Virus record (IMG/VR): IMGVR_UViG_3300046808_001241
Location: 62,001-126,000 of that record
DNA: 64,000 nucleotides
Reading direction: 5' to 3' (one strand)
Each line of letters begins with the position of its first letter. The stretch's first letter is position 1. Positions 10,166 through 20,200 of the stretch are shown in pieces. Below the pieces are notes generated by a model. It saw only the letters and a list, made by a program, of their open reading frames with translations, was not told the DNA's origin and searched no databases. The position numbers were made by a program, and so were the translations under genes.

Positions 10166-10765
10166 ATGGCAAACGCACAAACAATCCAAAAATTTTATAC
10201 AACAGCAGCTCAACGAGACTTTGCTAGACTTTTTCAATTTAGATTAATTTCTTTTGGAAATGTTGATTTTGGAACAGAGCAGCTCACATACGTTGAAACA
10301 GCCTCTCTTCCTGGAAGAACCATTAACAATGTTCAAGTACCATATATGGGACTTCAATTCAATGTTCCTGGAACGGTTTCGTATCCTGGTTCAACGGGCT
10401 ATGCCGTAGCCTTCCGTTGTGATCAAAATTACGATCTTAGAGCAGCACTGGAAGCAGCAACATTCAACACATTCGATGAAGCTAATTCTACTGGTCAGTA
10501 TTCCCTTCCTGGCATTAATAACACTCTAACGATGGAGTTGTTGGATAAGCAAATGAAGCCAGTAAGATATTATACTCTATATGGTGTATATGTTCAAGGC
10601 CTTGCCGATACAGCATATGACATTAAAGATACAGGAACGGTGTCAACGATTAATGCTACACTTGCTTATCAATTTTGGAGGTCAGGAAAAGTTGGTTCAC
10701 CAGTCACTCCTAATTTTGGTTATAAATATGCACCAGAATCTTGGGCTGGTCCTTCAAGACGATAA
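10166..10765 (+). CDS. gp19: tail tube protein
   Basis: Follows sheath; ASLPG, V.VPYMG..F.VPG, Y.L.GVY, TLAYQFW. Confidence 0.85.
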   Translation: MANAQTIQKFYTTAAQRDFARLFQFRLISFGNVDFGTEQLTYVETASLPGRTINNVQVPYMGLQFNVPGTVSYPGSTGYAVAFRCDQNYDLRAALEAATFNTFDEANSTGQYSLPGINNTLTMELLDKQMKPVRYYTLYGVYVQGLADTAYDIKDTGTVSTINATLAYQFWRSGKVGSPVTPNFGYKYAPESWAGPSRR

Positions 10766-10768
10766 ACC

Positions 10769-11137
10769 GTGGATAAGATTATTTTAAATCTTCTTAAGTT
10801 AACTACACAGCTCCGCATATTTCACTGGCAAACTGAAAGTTATGCTAGACACAAAGCTTTCGGTTCCGCTTACGAAGATCTTAGCGACCTTATTGACGAG
10901 CTTGTTGAAGTACATCAAGGAAAGCACGGACGAATTTTGTATGAAGGATCTTCAAGCTTGGAGCTTTTAAACTTAAGTGATTTAGAACCTCAAGCTATTT
11001 TAGTAGAGGTAACTGATTATTTGTCACAAGAATTTATAAAAGCTGTAGACTCAGAGAAAGATACAGATTGTTTGAATATAAGAGATGAAATTCTTGCAGT
11101 ACTAAATAAACTCAAATATTTATTGACTTTAAAGTAA
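10769..11137 (+). CDS. ferritin/Dps-like four-helix protein (DUF5856-like)
   Basis: FHWQT.SYA.HKAF..AYE.L..LID.LVE, IRDEIL..LNKLKYLLTLK. Confidence 0.7.
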   Translation: MDKIILNLLKLTTQLRIFHWQTESYARHKAFGSAYEDLSDLIDELVEVHQGKHGRILYEGSSSLELLNLSDLEPQAILVEVTDYLSQEFIKAVDSEKDTDCLNIRDEILAVLNKLKYLLTLK

Positions 11138-11160
11138 TTCAATTATAATATATATTTGAT

Positions 11161-11388
11161 ATGTTTACTGCAACTTGGCCATCACTAAAGTCATCTCCTA
11201 TGATGCACGAAATTAGAGAACAACTAAAAGGTAAGTCCCAACCCGGACAACCAACAATGTCTCGAAAAGAATCAAATCGTGTTTGGAGAGAAGAAATTCT
11301 AGGAATTCGTTCTGAAGAACAAAAGAAAGCGGATAAAACAAAAAGACAGCAACGCAGCAACAAAAAGTTTTCTAAAGACGAGGAATAA
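11161..11388 (+). CDS. small basic hypothetical protein
   Basis: 75-aa K/R-rich ORF after an AT-rich TTGACT..TATAAT-like region. Confidence 0.45.
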   Translation: MFTATWPSLKSSPMMHEIREQLKGKSQPGQPTMSRKESNRVWREEILGIRSEEQKKADKTKRQQRSNKKFSKDEE

Positions 11389-11394
11389 TTTTCC

Positions 11395-11670
11395 ATGAAA
11401 AGCATTTTTTGTTGTGCTTTACTAGTTATTTGCACTAGCTGTTTTGCTGCAGATGTGCAAATAACTAAATTTAAAATGGATTCCGCGTATACCAAACAAC
11501 ATTCTCAGTCGCTTATAACCAAAATTAATCTCGAATATCAAGTAAATTTATATGAACCTCTGCATAAAAAGTGGGTTTTTTACTTGGGAGGAAAAATAAG
11601 TCCAGATTACGATCATTTTGGCAATGAAGTTAAAATGAACGCATTTACTACCTTTGGAATTGATTTTTAA
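11395..11670 (+). CDS. small exported beta-strand protein with signal peptide
   Basis: MKSIFCCALLVICTSCFA signal; alternating beta strands; ends FGIDF. Confidence 0.6.
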   Translation: MKSIFCCALLVICTSCFAADVQITKFKMDSAYTKQHSQSLITKINLEYQVNLYEPLHKKWVFYLGGKISPDYDHFGNEVKMNAFTTFGIDF

Positions 11671-11671
11671 T

Positions 11672-12043
11672 ATGAAAAAAGTTATTAAACCTGCAGCAAG
11701 AGAAGAATCAGTTTATTATTCAGATTTTTCTGGAAAGTGTTTTGGAGAGCTCTATCCTCCAGTAGAACTAACTATTAGTTGTTCGTATGGGTCGAAACAC
11801 GATGGAGCAGGCATAGAGTTGCACCTTGATGACGAGGAAATGGAACCTTTTCTCGAACTGATTAAAAAATCAATCTCCGAAGACTGTAAAATTAAACTTA
11901 AAAAGCAATTAGAATCGGCCGAAAATACTCACTATGATGCAATGCAAATGAGAGATTGGGAACATTGTGACATTGTGTCCAACAGCATTTGGTTTTGGAG
12001 AGAGCTTTTAGGGTTGACTAACGAAGAGGAGGAAGGAGAATAA
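11672..12043 (+). CDS. hypothetical protein
   Basis: ATG at 11672, operonic. Confidence 0.6.
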   Translation: MKKVIKPAAREESVYYSDFSGKCFGELYPPVELTISCSYGSKHDGAGIELHLDDEEMEPFLELIKKSISEDCKIKLKKQLESAENTHYDAMQMRDWEHCDIVSNSIWFWRELLGLTNEEEEGE

Positions 12044-12047
12044 ATTT

Positions 12048-12650
12048 ATGGGAATGTTTGATGAAATTTTTATAGAAAAAGAGCTTCCTCTTCCAGAAGA
12101 GCTCAAAAACTCAAATATCGACTGGAAAACTCATAATTTTCAGACTAAAGATTTTGAAAATTGCATGTTACAATATGTTATTAAAGAAGACGGAAGACTC
12201 TTTGAACATGTTGTTGAGCGCGAATACATTCCTTGGTCTGAAGAAGAAAAGAAAGCCAGAAAAATTTCCGTATGGAATTTTTGGAAAGAGGTTCTCGAGA
12301 AAGGAGAACATTACGATGAACTCAGCTATCACGGAATTATTACTTTTTATACTTATGAAAATTTCGACGACAAACAAGATTTTTGGCTAGAATACAAAGC
12401 ATATTTTGTATATGGAAAGCTAGATAAAATCGAACTTTCTGAGTTTAAGCTAGAGCAATCACTTAAACTCAGAAATGAAGAAATTAGTAAGAAGCGAAAA
12501 CAAGAACAATGCAAGCCCTGGAATGTGTTTAAACACTACGCTTCATATCTTGGCTGGAGATGGTTTTGGAGAAAAGCTTCCAGTGTGTGCTATAGACTGC
12601 ATGAAACGTTTGGTTCTGTGCAGATGTTTATTATTAGAAATATAGTATGA
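12048..12650 (+). CDS. conserved phage hypothetical protein
   Basis: MGMFD..FQTKD....YVI.EDGRL pattern recalled from phage hypotheticals. Confidence 0.6.
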   Translation: MGMFDEIFIEKELPLPEELKNSNIDWKTHNFQTKDFENCMLQYVIKEDGRLFEHVVEREYIPWSEEEKKARKISVWNFWKEVLEKGEHYDELSYHGIITFYTYENFDDKQDFWLEYKAYFVYGKLDKIELSEFKLEQSLKLRNEEISKKRKQEQCKPWNVFKHYASYLGWRWFWRKASSVCYRLHETFGSVQMFIIRNIV

Positions 12651-12865
12651 AGGCTGTATTAGAATTTAATTTACCAGAGGATCAAGACGATTTTGATATA
12701 GCTACTAATGGTTGGAAATACCGTTCTGTGCTTTGTGATATTGATAATTTTCTTCGTTCAAAGTTAAAATACGAAGAACTTCCTCCTGGAGAAGATAGTG
12801 CTTATGAAAAGGCCCGCACTGAGCTCTGGAATCTAATCAACGACCATAACATAGATATACATTAA
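12647..12865 (+). CDS. conserved small phage protein
   Basis: MKAVLEFNLPED motif; ATGA overlap with the previous gene. Confidence 0.65.
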   Translation: MKAVLEFNLPEDQDDFDIATNGWKYRSVLCDIDNFLRSKLKYEELPPGEDSAYEKARTELWNLINDHNIDIH

Positions 12866-12866
12866 T

Positions 12867-13145
12867 ATGATCACCAAAAAAGCACAAAGATCTGAAGAGC
12901 TTTACATTCAATTTACAGACGAAGAACTTAGAGCATTAAACATTAAAGCTGGGGATAAGTTTTCTTGGGAAGTTGAAGACAATTCTTTAGTTCTTAAAAA
13001 ATTTGCATCATTAGATGTAGATATTTCTGAATGGTCGCGAGAAGTTCTCGAAATGCTTATTGTAGAATCTATAGAAAAGGACGTTTCGGTAAACGAAGTA
13101 ATTTGTGATATCTTAGACAAATATTTACCCAAAGGAAATGTCTGA
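12867..13145 (+). CDS. AbrB/MazE-like DNA-binding protein
   Basis: YIQFTDEELRALNIKAGDKFSWEVEDNSLVLKK swapped-hairpin pattern. Confidence 0.6.
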   Translation: MITKKAQRSEELYIQFTDEELRALNIKAGDKFSWEVEDNSLVLKKFASLDVDISEWSREVLEMLIVESIEKDVSVNEVICDILDKYLPKGNV

Positions 13146-13575
13146 TAGAATTTCTTGGGAAGAATATGCTCTAAGAATTGCAGAAGTCGCATCTTACAGA
13201 TCAGAAGATCCTTATACCAAAGTTGGGGCTTGTGCTTTAGATTTGAGTAATAGAGTGATTGGCGTTGCATATAACGGTTTAGCACCAGGTATTAATGTCC
13301 ATGATCTATTCTGGTCAGATAGAGATAAACGCCGTCCATACATGATTCATGCTGAAATTAATTTACTTTCTTTATTCAAGCGAGGAGAGTGTAATTTATT
13401 AGCTTGTACTCTTTTACCTTGTTCATGTTGTGCAAATTCAATCGTTGCTCACGGTATTAAAAAAATTGTTTACAATCAAACATATTGCAGAGATACTCAA
13501 GCATTAGAAATATTCAAATTTAATGGAGTTGAGTGTAAACAAATCGATCTTCAAGAGGCTGGAAGAGATTGCTGA
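13138..13575 (+). CDS. dCMP deaminase
   Basis: SEDP.TKVGA, YNG, HAE, PC..C zinc motifs. Confidence 0.9.
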   Translation: MSDRISWEEYALRIAEVASYRSEDPYTKVGACALDLSNRVIGVAYNGLAPGINVHDLFWSDRDKRRPYMIHAEINLLSLFKRGECNLLACTLLPCSCCANSIVAHGIKKIVYNQTYCRDTQALEIFKFNGVECKQIDLQEAGRDC

Positions 13576-13963
13576 GTCTTTAATTGACTGGGACGACACT
13601 ATACGTTGTAGACATTTTTCGTTTATTTTGTATAAAAAACGCATCGTCGCCACAGGAGTTAACACTCAAAAAACTCATCCATTAAATTTAAAAAATAGAA
13701 AAGTCTCAGTTAGAACCGGAGAAGATTTTTCGGAGCAGAAGCATATTTGTAGCGAATTTAGTGCAATAGTTAAACTTAAGAGATTGACGAATATAAACAC
13801 AAAGAAGTGCACATTGATTAATATGCGATATGATAGAAACAAAAGACTTGCACTAGCAAAACCTTGTATGTCGTGCATTAGCTTGTTGAAATATCATGAG
13901 TTTAAAAATATTCTTTACACAAATAACCAAGGCGTTTACGAAGAGTTTGTAATTGATAAATAG
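13523..13963 (+). CDS. second zinc-dependent cytidine/dCMP deaminase-like protein
   Basis: H.S.I....IVATG.N..KTHP, CSE in place of HAE, AKPC.SC. Confidence 0.75.
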   Translation: MELSVNKSIFKRLEEIAESLIDWDDTIRCRHFSFILYKKRIVATGVNTQKTHPLNLKNRKVSVRTGEDFSEQKHICSEFSAIVKLKRLTNINTKKCTLINMRYDRNKRLALAKPCMSCISLLKYHEFKNILYTNNQGVYEEFVIDK

Positions 13964-14219
13964 AAGGATGGAAACTATTATCGAACAAATCGCTGGAAAA
14001 CTCGAACTTATCCAATTCAATACAATTGACAAAGAAGCTGAGCTTAAAGCATTGAACTTAGCAAATGAGGTTTTGTACCCTCTTAAAGAGTCCCAAGAAA
14101 TACAAGACTATACATTTTCTGCAAGCATTGTTGGAGATATATTGAATATTTCAATCTTTATTACAGAAAGCGGTTGTGCAGAGTCGGTTCAGTGGGATTT
14201 AACTATTACTAAAAAGTAA
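13953..14219 (+). CDS. hypothetical protein
   Basis: 88-aa operonic ORF. Confidence 0.5.
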   Translation: MINRRMETIIEQIAGKLELIQFNTIDKEAELKALNLANEVLYPLKESQEIQDYTFSASIVGDILNISIFITESGCAESVQWDLTITKK

Positions 14220-14259
14220 TTACTTGATCTGTCCTTTAGTTGAAAGGACTATATCATTA

Positions 14260-14946
14260 ATGAAAACTTTCGAACAAAAAGGTCTGTGTTTTATTGGCGA
14301 TATACATGGAGATTATTTTTTAATAGAGGACTTCTGCAAGCACAATAAAGATTACATTGTATGCCAGGTTGGAGACTTTGGTCTGGGGTTTGGCTATGCT
14401 AATTCAGAATTAGCTCGCTTAAATGCAATCAACAGCGTTTGTAAGGCAAACAACAATATCCTTTGCGTTATTAGAGGAAACCACGACAGCCCCAAACGCT
14501 TTGAGGAGTTCAGGAATAAACTTTCAAACGTGTATCTTCCGGAAGATTATGAGGTTTGTGAATGGCATGGCAAAAAAATTCAATTTATTGGCGGAGCAAT
14601 TTCTATTGACAGAACAGCACGGGTTGATGGTAGTTCCTATTGGAGAGACGAAGGAGTGGTGTTCGATCGAACAAAATGCCAAAAGGTAGACATCCTAGTA
14701 ACGCATACAGCTCCTTCGCATTGCTTTCCTCAACAATTTAACGAAATGGTGCATGGTTGGGCTAAAGAAGACGATTCTTTGTTAAATGATTTAACATCAG
14801 AGAGGGCTGTGATGGATGAAATTTTTAAATTGTGCAGACCCTCGTATCATGTATATGGACACTTCCACGCTTCGCATACAGAAGAGATAAATGGTTGTAA
14901 GCACAATCTTTTGGATATTGATGAAATCAAAGAATATAGAAACTGA
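14260..14946 (+). CDS. calcineurin-like metallophosphoesterase
   Basis: GDIHG, GDFG, GNHD, THTAP, GHFH motifs; ATG at 14260. Confidence 0.9.
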   Translation: MKTFEQKGLCFIGDIHGDYFLIEDFCKHNKDYIVCQVGDFGLGFGYANSELARLNAINSVCKANNNILCVIRGNHDSPKRFEEFRNKLSNVYLPEDYEVCEWHGKKIQFIGGAISIDRTARVDGSSYWRDEGVVFDRTKCQKVDILVTHTAPSHCFPQQFNEMVHGWAKEDDSLLNDLTSERAVMDEIFKLCRPSYHVYGHFHASHTEEINGCKHNLLDIDEIKEYRN

Positions 14947-15277
14947 GTGCGAAGAAGTTAGAGATGCGCTGATCGCCCTCTACATTAACAGAGGAATGCC
15001 TTCTTTTAAGCAATTTAAGGAGTTTGTCGACGAATCGTTGCCCAACATAAGCGAGCTTTGCCTTACTCAAATTATCGAGGCTTGGGAAAAAGCAAGACAA
15101 CACATTGAAAAGGTCAATGAATTTGTTCATGAAATTCGCAACTTTCCGTCTCGTAAGGATATAGCAGAAGCAATTATTCGCAACCGCAAACAAGATTCAG
15201 CTATTGCCTTTTCACTATTAGATGAGAAACTTATAACAGAAAAACAATACTTTGATCTAATCAAACAAAACATATGA
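14891..15277 (+). CDS. hypothetical protein
   Basis: Operonic ORF, start uncertain. Confidence 0.5.
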   Translation: MVVSTIFWILMKSKNIETECEEVRDALIALYINRGMPSFKQFKEFVDESLPNISELCLTQIIEAWEKARQHIEKVNEFVHEIRNFPSRKDIAEAIIRNRKQDSAIAFSLLDEKLITEKQYFDLIKQNI

Positions 15278-15756
15278 AATCAGAACTTGAACTAGAACTT
15301 GTAAAAAAGTATCCTAAAATCCTCAGAGATTATAAAGGCGACCCAATGCAAACCTGTATGGCTTGTGGCGTGGAACATGACGACGGCTGGTACAAGCTTC
15401 TTGATAACTGTATGGAGAAACTTCAATATTTCTGCGATCTCTGTTCTAAAGACGGAGAAGAAGTACAAGTTGTTGCTAACCAAATTAAAGAAAAGTTTGG
15501 AACTCTGTCCTTCTACACAAGTGTTTATGGTGCAGATAATATTCAAAGCGATATTATTGATGATATTATTTCAGAAGCAGAAAGAAAATCTGCATATACT
15601 TGCGAAGTAACTGGGGAGCACGGAGAGGCCTGTAAACGAGGAGGTTGGTACAGAACATTATGTTATGAACAAGCTAGAAAAGATGATTATGTAGCTTGTA
15701 GTGAATCAACTGAATCTTATTGGAAAGAAAAAGATGAAAGAAAAGTTAACTCTTGA
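15274..15756 (+). CDS. conserved phage hypothetical protein with Cys pair
   Basis: GW..L, QIKEKFGTL.FY, CEVTG..G, WYRTLC pattern. Confidence 0.7.
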   Translation: MKSELELELVKKYPKILRDYKGDPMQTCMACGVEHDDGWYKLLDNCMEKLQYFCDLCSKDGEEVQVVANQIKEKFGTLSFYTSVYGADNIQSDIIDDIISEAERKSAYTCEVTGEHGEACKRGGWYRTLCYEQARKDDYVACSESTESYWKEKDERKVNS

Positions 15757-15904
15757 GGATTGGGAAGATTACGCTTTTTATGAAAGCGGTCTTTCTGCAC
15801 ATAGTTGTTTAGAAAAACTAGATGATTATACTAGGAAGGCCATCACAAGATATGGTAGAATTCTTTTAAAGAAACAACCTGAACTTAATGATAAACAAAA
15901 TTAA
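15734..15904 (+). CDS. small hypothetical protein
   Basis: ATG at 15734, operonic. Confidence 0.45.
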   Translation: MKEKLTLEDWEDYAFYESGLSAHSCLEKLDDYTRKAITRYGRILLKKQPELNDKQN

Positions 15905-16457
15905 AATTACAAATCTTTCAGACGCTGAAGGTTATTCGTACGGACCTCGTAATGACTTCGATATATGGGTTTCTACCGTCGATCTAGCAGATAAGCGTAA
16001 GATTAATCGCATGAAAGAAAATTTTAGCAAAAAAGGAATTAAATCTTTTGCACAATTTTTCTATGATTGGTCGGAGGAAGATGGTCACACATGGTCACAT
16101 CTTGCCTCAGAGGGACCAGAAAGGCGTCATATTCAAAATATCATTACTTTTTTAACTCCTTTTGTAAACGACGATGTTGTGCATAATCTAGGCATTAATT
16201 GTTTTGCAGGAATTTCACGTTCTTCTGCAGTAGCAATCATTGCATTAGTAATGTCTGGTAATACGGTACATGAAGCGCTTACTCATGTTTTAAAAATCCG
16301 CTCAGAAGCTTGGCCGAATCTTCGGATACTTGGTTTTGCTTCTGAAATTTTTGGTCAGGATATCAAAACGCCTGTTGCTGATTGGAAGAAAAACTGTCTC
16401 GATTGCTCAGACATCTTTATCATGCCTAATAGAAAACAACCTCAAAATGACGAATAA
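15888..16457 (+). CDS. protein tyrosine/dual-specificity phosphatase
   Basis: CX5R loop NCFAGISRS; C-terminal PN.R.L. Confidence 0.85.
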   Translation: MINKIKITNLSDAEGYSYGPRNDFDIWVSTVDLADKRKINRMKENFSKKGIKSFAQFFYDWSEEDGHTWSHLASEGPERRHIQNIITFLTPFVNDDVVHNLGINCFAGISRSSAVAIIALVMSGNTVHEALTHVLKIRSEAWPNLRILGFASEIFGQDIKTPVADWKKNCLDCSDIFIMPNRKQPQNDE

Positions 16458-16827
16458 GCACATTGATTTGGAGCGTGCTGTAAAGCTAGTAAATAAGCGC
16501 AGCACTACTGTCGACGACTTGTGTAAGTTCATATATGAGGATATAAAAACGTATCAAGAAGAACAGGAGTTATACTATTTAGAACAACTTAGATTTGAGT
16601 TCGAGGGTTCTGAAAGAGTAATTGAAGAAGATTGTGCTTCAAAGCAAGCGGAGGAAATAGGAAGAAAGATAGAAAGAGATACTAAGTTATTTTCGATTGC
16701 TTATGCTAAAAATTCCGTAGACGTTGTTCTAGACGCAATAAACCAAGAGCAATTCAAAACTAAATTGGGACCGCAAAATTTGCTTATTTTATTAACAACT
16801 CTTCAAGAGATTAATGAAGAGATCTAG
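16447..16827 (+). CDS. hypothetical protein
   Basis: ATG at 16447, last gene of the + strand run. Confidence 0.5.
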   Translation: MTNKHIDLERAVKLVNKRSTTVDDLCKFIYEDIKTYQEEQELYYLEQLRFEFEGSERVIEEDCASKQAEEIGRKIERDTKLFSIAYAKNSVDVVLDAINQEQFKTKLGPQNLLILLTTLQEINEEI

Positions 16828-17266
16828 CAATACCTGCCAAGTTATCCATAGCAATTGCTAGCTTTTGATGAGCCCAAGCTTCTAAGCGACTTCCGGAAGC
16901 ACAGTGAGAAGCAATTTTCATAATTGATTCCCTAATTGAATTTAAATTGTCAAGAGCCATTTCGTGAGCTTCTTCACAATCGCACTCCTCAGATCCACAA
17001 CCACAACCGTAATGCTCGTCTCCCATTTCTGCTGAAGTCATTGCAACAGGAATTCCGGTTGTATCTTTGTCTTCTGGCTCGACGTCTTCAACTTCAGAGT
17101 TGATCATATCCATGCTAACTCCAGGAGCAGGCTCGTCCATAGGCCCAGCACTTACAACCTCATTTGGTTCAGTTATGACTGTTTCTTTATCAGAAGGAAC
17201 AGAGGGAGTTTTTTTAGAGATAGAAAGATAAGCTTCCTCGAGAAGTTGTGAGTCTTTTTTAAGCAT
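16811..17266 (-). CDS. acidic hypothetical virion/head protein
   Basis: TAAATA-N5-ATG; CGCGSEECDC cluster; EMA..L...LEAW..QKL motif. Confidence 0.6.
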   Translation of the reverse strand: MLKKDSQLLEEAYLSISKKTPSVPSDKETVITEPNEVVSAGPMDEPAPGVSMDMINSEVEDVEPEDKDTTGIPVAMTSAEMGDEHYGCGCGSEECDCEEAHEMALDNLNSIRESIMKIASHCASGSRLEAWAHQKLAIAMDNLAGIARSLH

Positions 17267-17287
17267 ATATTTATTTATCAAATTCTG

Positions 17288-20200
17288 TTAAATTAAAACA
17301 TACAATGTCCCAACTTCTTGCACTAAAGGTAGAGCAGAAACAGCAACGAGTTTTGTGATAGCACTAAGTCCTGGAGTAGCATTAGTAGTGTCGGTTTGTA
17401 CAAAGCTCGAAGAGGCGTTAGTAAACGTCGTGTAAGTAGATTCCCAGTTGGATGAAAGAGCTTTTAAGTCTGTTCCTTGGTAATTCCAAACCGTTGCTGA
17501 GTTTGTTTGAACCGTAGAATAAACAGAGTTCCAATCTGCAGAAGCGTTTTGCACTATTGTATTGACTTCTAAATTATCCGTATTTGTTAAACCAGAACCG
17601 TCTCCATAAAAAATTCCTGTGGCACTTACGTTTCCTGCAACCGTTAAAGCTTCGTTTGGAATTTCCGTATTAATGCCAACTGAGTTCGTCGCTCCGACGA
17701 AAAGTACAGACGTTCCAACTCCCGTTCCAGCATTAAATCCACCACTTACACTCAAAGTGTCAAGTATGGTTAAAGAAGACAATAAAACGTTGTTTGTCGA
17801 CAGGTAGTTTGTAACACTAGGAATTATTTCTGCAGTTTCTTCCCACGATGTACTCAAAGCATTAACAGTGTTAAAGGTGGACTGCCAATTAGCAGACAAG
17901 TCCTTAAGGTCCGTTCCTTGATAGCTCCATACTGTTGCTGAGTTTACTTGAACCGTGGTGTATACGTCATTCCAACTAGCAGATGTGCTTTGAACTATAG
18001 TATTGACGTTTAGGTCATCTGTATTTGTTAAACCAGAACCATCTCCATAAAAAACAGATGTAGCAGAAACAGAGCCAACAACAGTCAATGCCTCATTTGG
18101 AGTGTCTGTATTAATACCAATTTTTCCGCCATCTACAAACATGCTAACGCTTGTTCCGCCACCAACTTCCAATCCGCTCAAGGCAATGATAGATTCAAAG
18201 GCAGTTATGCTACCTACTACAGTCACATCTCCAGTAAGATTTCCTCCGGTTAATGGTAAAAAGCTTGAACGTACAAATGTGTGTATGTCTCCAAATTGCG
18301 TTTCTGTATAAGCAGACACTTGATCTAACTCAGTATTTACAGCCAAAAACTGAACATCAGAATAAGATGAAAGTCCATTGATTTTGACGTTGATACTAGA
18401 TAGTTGTTCTGCAGCAAAAGCAGATACTCCATCTAATTCTGTATTAACAGCTAAAAATTGAACATCGGAATAGGACGAAAGTCCGTCAATCTTGACATTA
18501 AGACTCGAGAGCTGAAATGCAGCAAAAGCAGATACTCCATCTAATTCTGTATTGATGTTTGTAAATTGATACTCTGCATATGAAGAGAGTTCATCGACTT
18601 TAGTATCAAGACTTGAGAGTTGAAATGCAGCAAAAGCAGATACTCCATCTAATTCTGTATTAACCTCTGAAAATTGATACTCTGCATATGAAGATACTGA
18701 ATCTAATTCGGTATTAATGTTTGTAAATTGACTTTCAGCATATGCTGATACAGATGTTAGAGAGTTTGTAAGAGCGCTTTCTACATTGTCTAAATTTGTT
18801 TGAAGAGTTGCTGATAAGGAGTCAGCATAACTCTTTGTGACAACGTCTTGAGCTGAAATTGGATTTAAAGCATTAACGATGAGATTGTTGCTCATGTTAA
18901 GCTGGTTGAGAATTACAGCTCCGTTAGAAGTAATTTCCTCAACAAATGTTCCATTTAAAGCATATAAACTTTCAGTGGAAGAAATTTGTCCAACCACTGT
19001 AAGCTTTTTGTTTGGATTAGATGTTCCAATGCCTACGTTAGTTCCGTCAGAATAAACATTGCTATCAATTACTGAACTATCAGTATCAAATTTTGGCAGA
19101 TAGTTTTGAGTTAGAGCTCCGCTTAAAAAGTTCGCAGTAGTATCCCAAATTTTAGAATTAATTGTTCTGGTTTGAAGAATGTTGTTAATATCATGTATTA
19201 CAACTGTATTAGTCGAGCCATTAGAAAGAGTTCCTATGATGGCTGATCCAGCAACATATAAATTTTCTGAAGCAGAAATTTCACCATTAACGGTAAAGTC
19301 TACGTTAGGAGTGCTTGTCTTTACGCCAACATTTGGATTATCACTATTGATTCCTCCGACGTGAAGAACCTCGACTCCCGCATCAATGTCATAAAAAGAA
19401 GCAATGTCTCCAGTTCCATCGTTTCCAATCCATGCAGCAGGACCTGACCCAATATGAACCACGCTTAAAGAACTAGTGGTTGCAAATACTGTGTTTGCAA
19501 AAGTAGATGTGCCAGTTGCAGTAAGATCTCCAAAAATTGTAACATTGCCAAAGAATTTTGAGCTTCCGTGCACAGTGAATGTATCTGTTGGACTGCTTGT
19601 ATTAATTCCAACAAAAACACCATCGTCATATATAATGCTGTTAACTAACGAACTATTAGAATCAAACTTCGGCAAATAATTTTGAGTTAGAGCTCCACTT
19701 AAAAAGTTAGCACTGGTATCCCAAACTCTTGAATTAATTTCTCGAGTTTTTAAAGTATTATTTGCATCCTTAATAATAACATCATTCGTTGTATCAGAAG
19801 GAATACTACCAAACGTAGCTGTTCCAGAAGAACTAATATTTTCACTAAGAGTTAAGCTACCTGTAACAAATTCTGCTCCTTCAATATACAAATCTCCAGT
19901 CGAGCTCAAGTTACCGACTATAGTCAAAGCCTCATTTGGAGTGGAAGTATTAATTCCGACGTTTGTCCCGTCAGAGTAAACGTTGCTATCAACCAATGTG
20001 CTGTCATTGTCAAATTTTGATAGATAATTTTGAGTCAGAGCTCCGGTCAATAGATTAGAAGTAGTGTCCCAAACTCTTGGATTGATTTCCCTAGTTTCTA
20101 AAGTGTTGTTGTCATCTTTTGTAATAACACTGTTTGTTAATCCTGTAAAAAGACTACTAATACTAACCGTGCCAGTAGAACTAACATTTTCAACAACGGT

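Noticed and set aside
18295-18752. Tandem repeats as a CRISPR array
   Set aside because: Units are in-frame coding repeats without unique spacers; no cas genes
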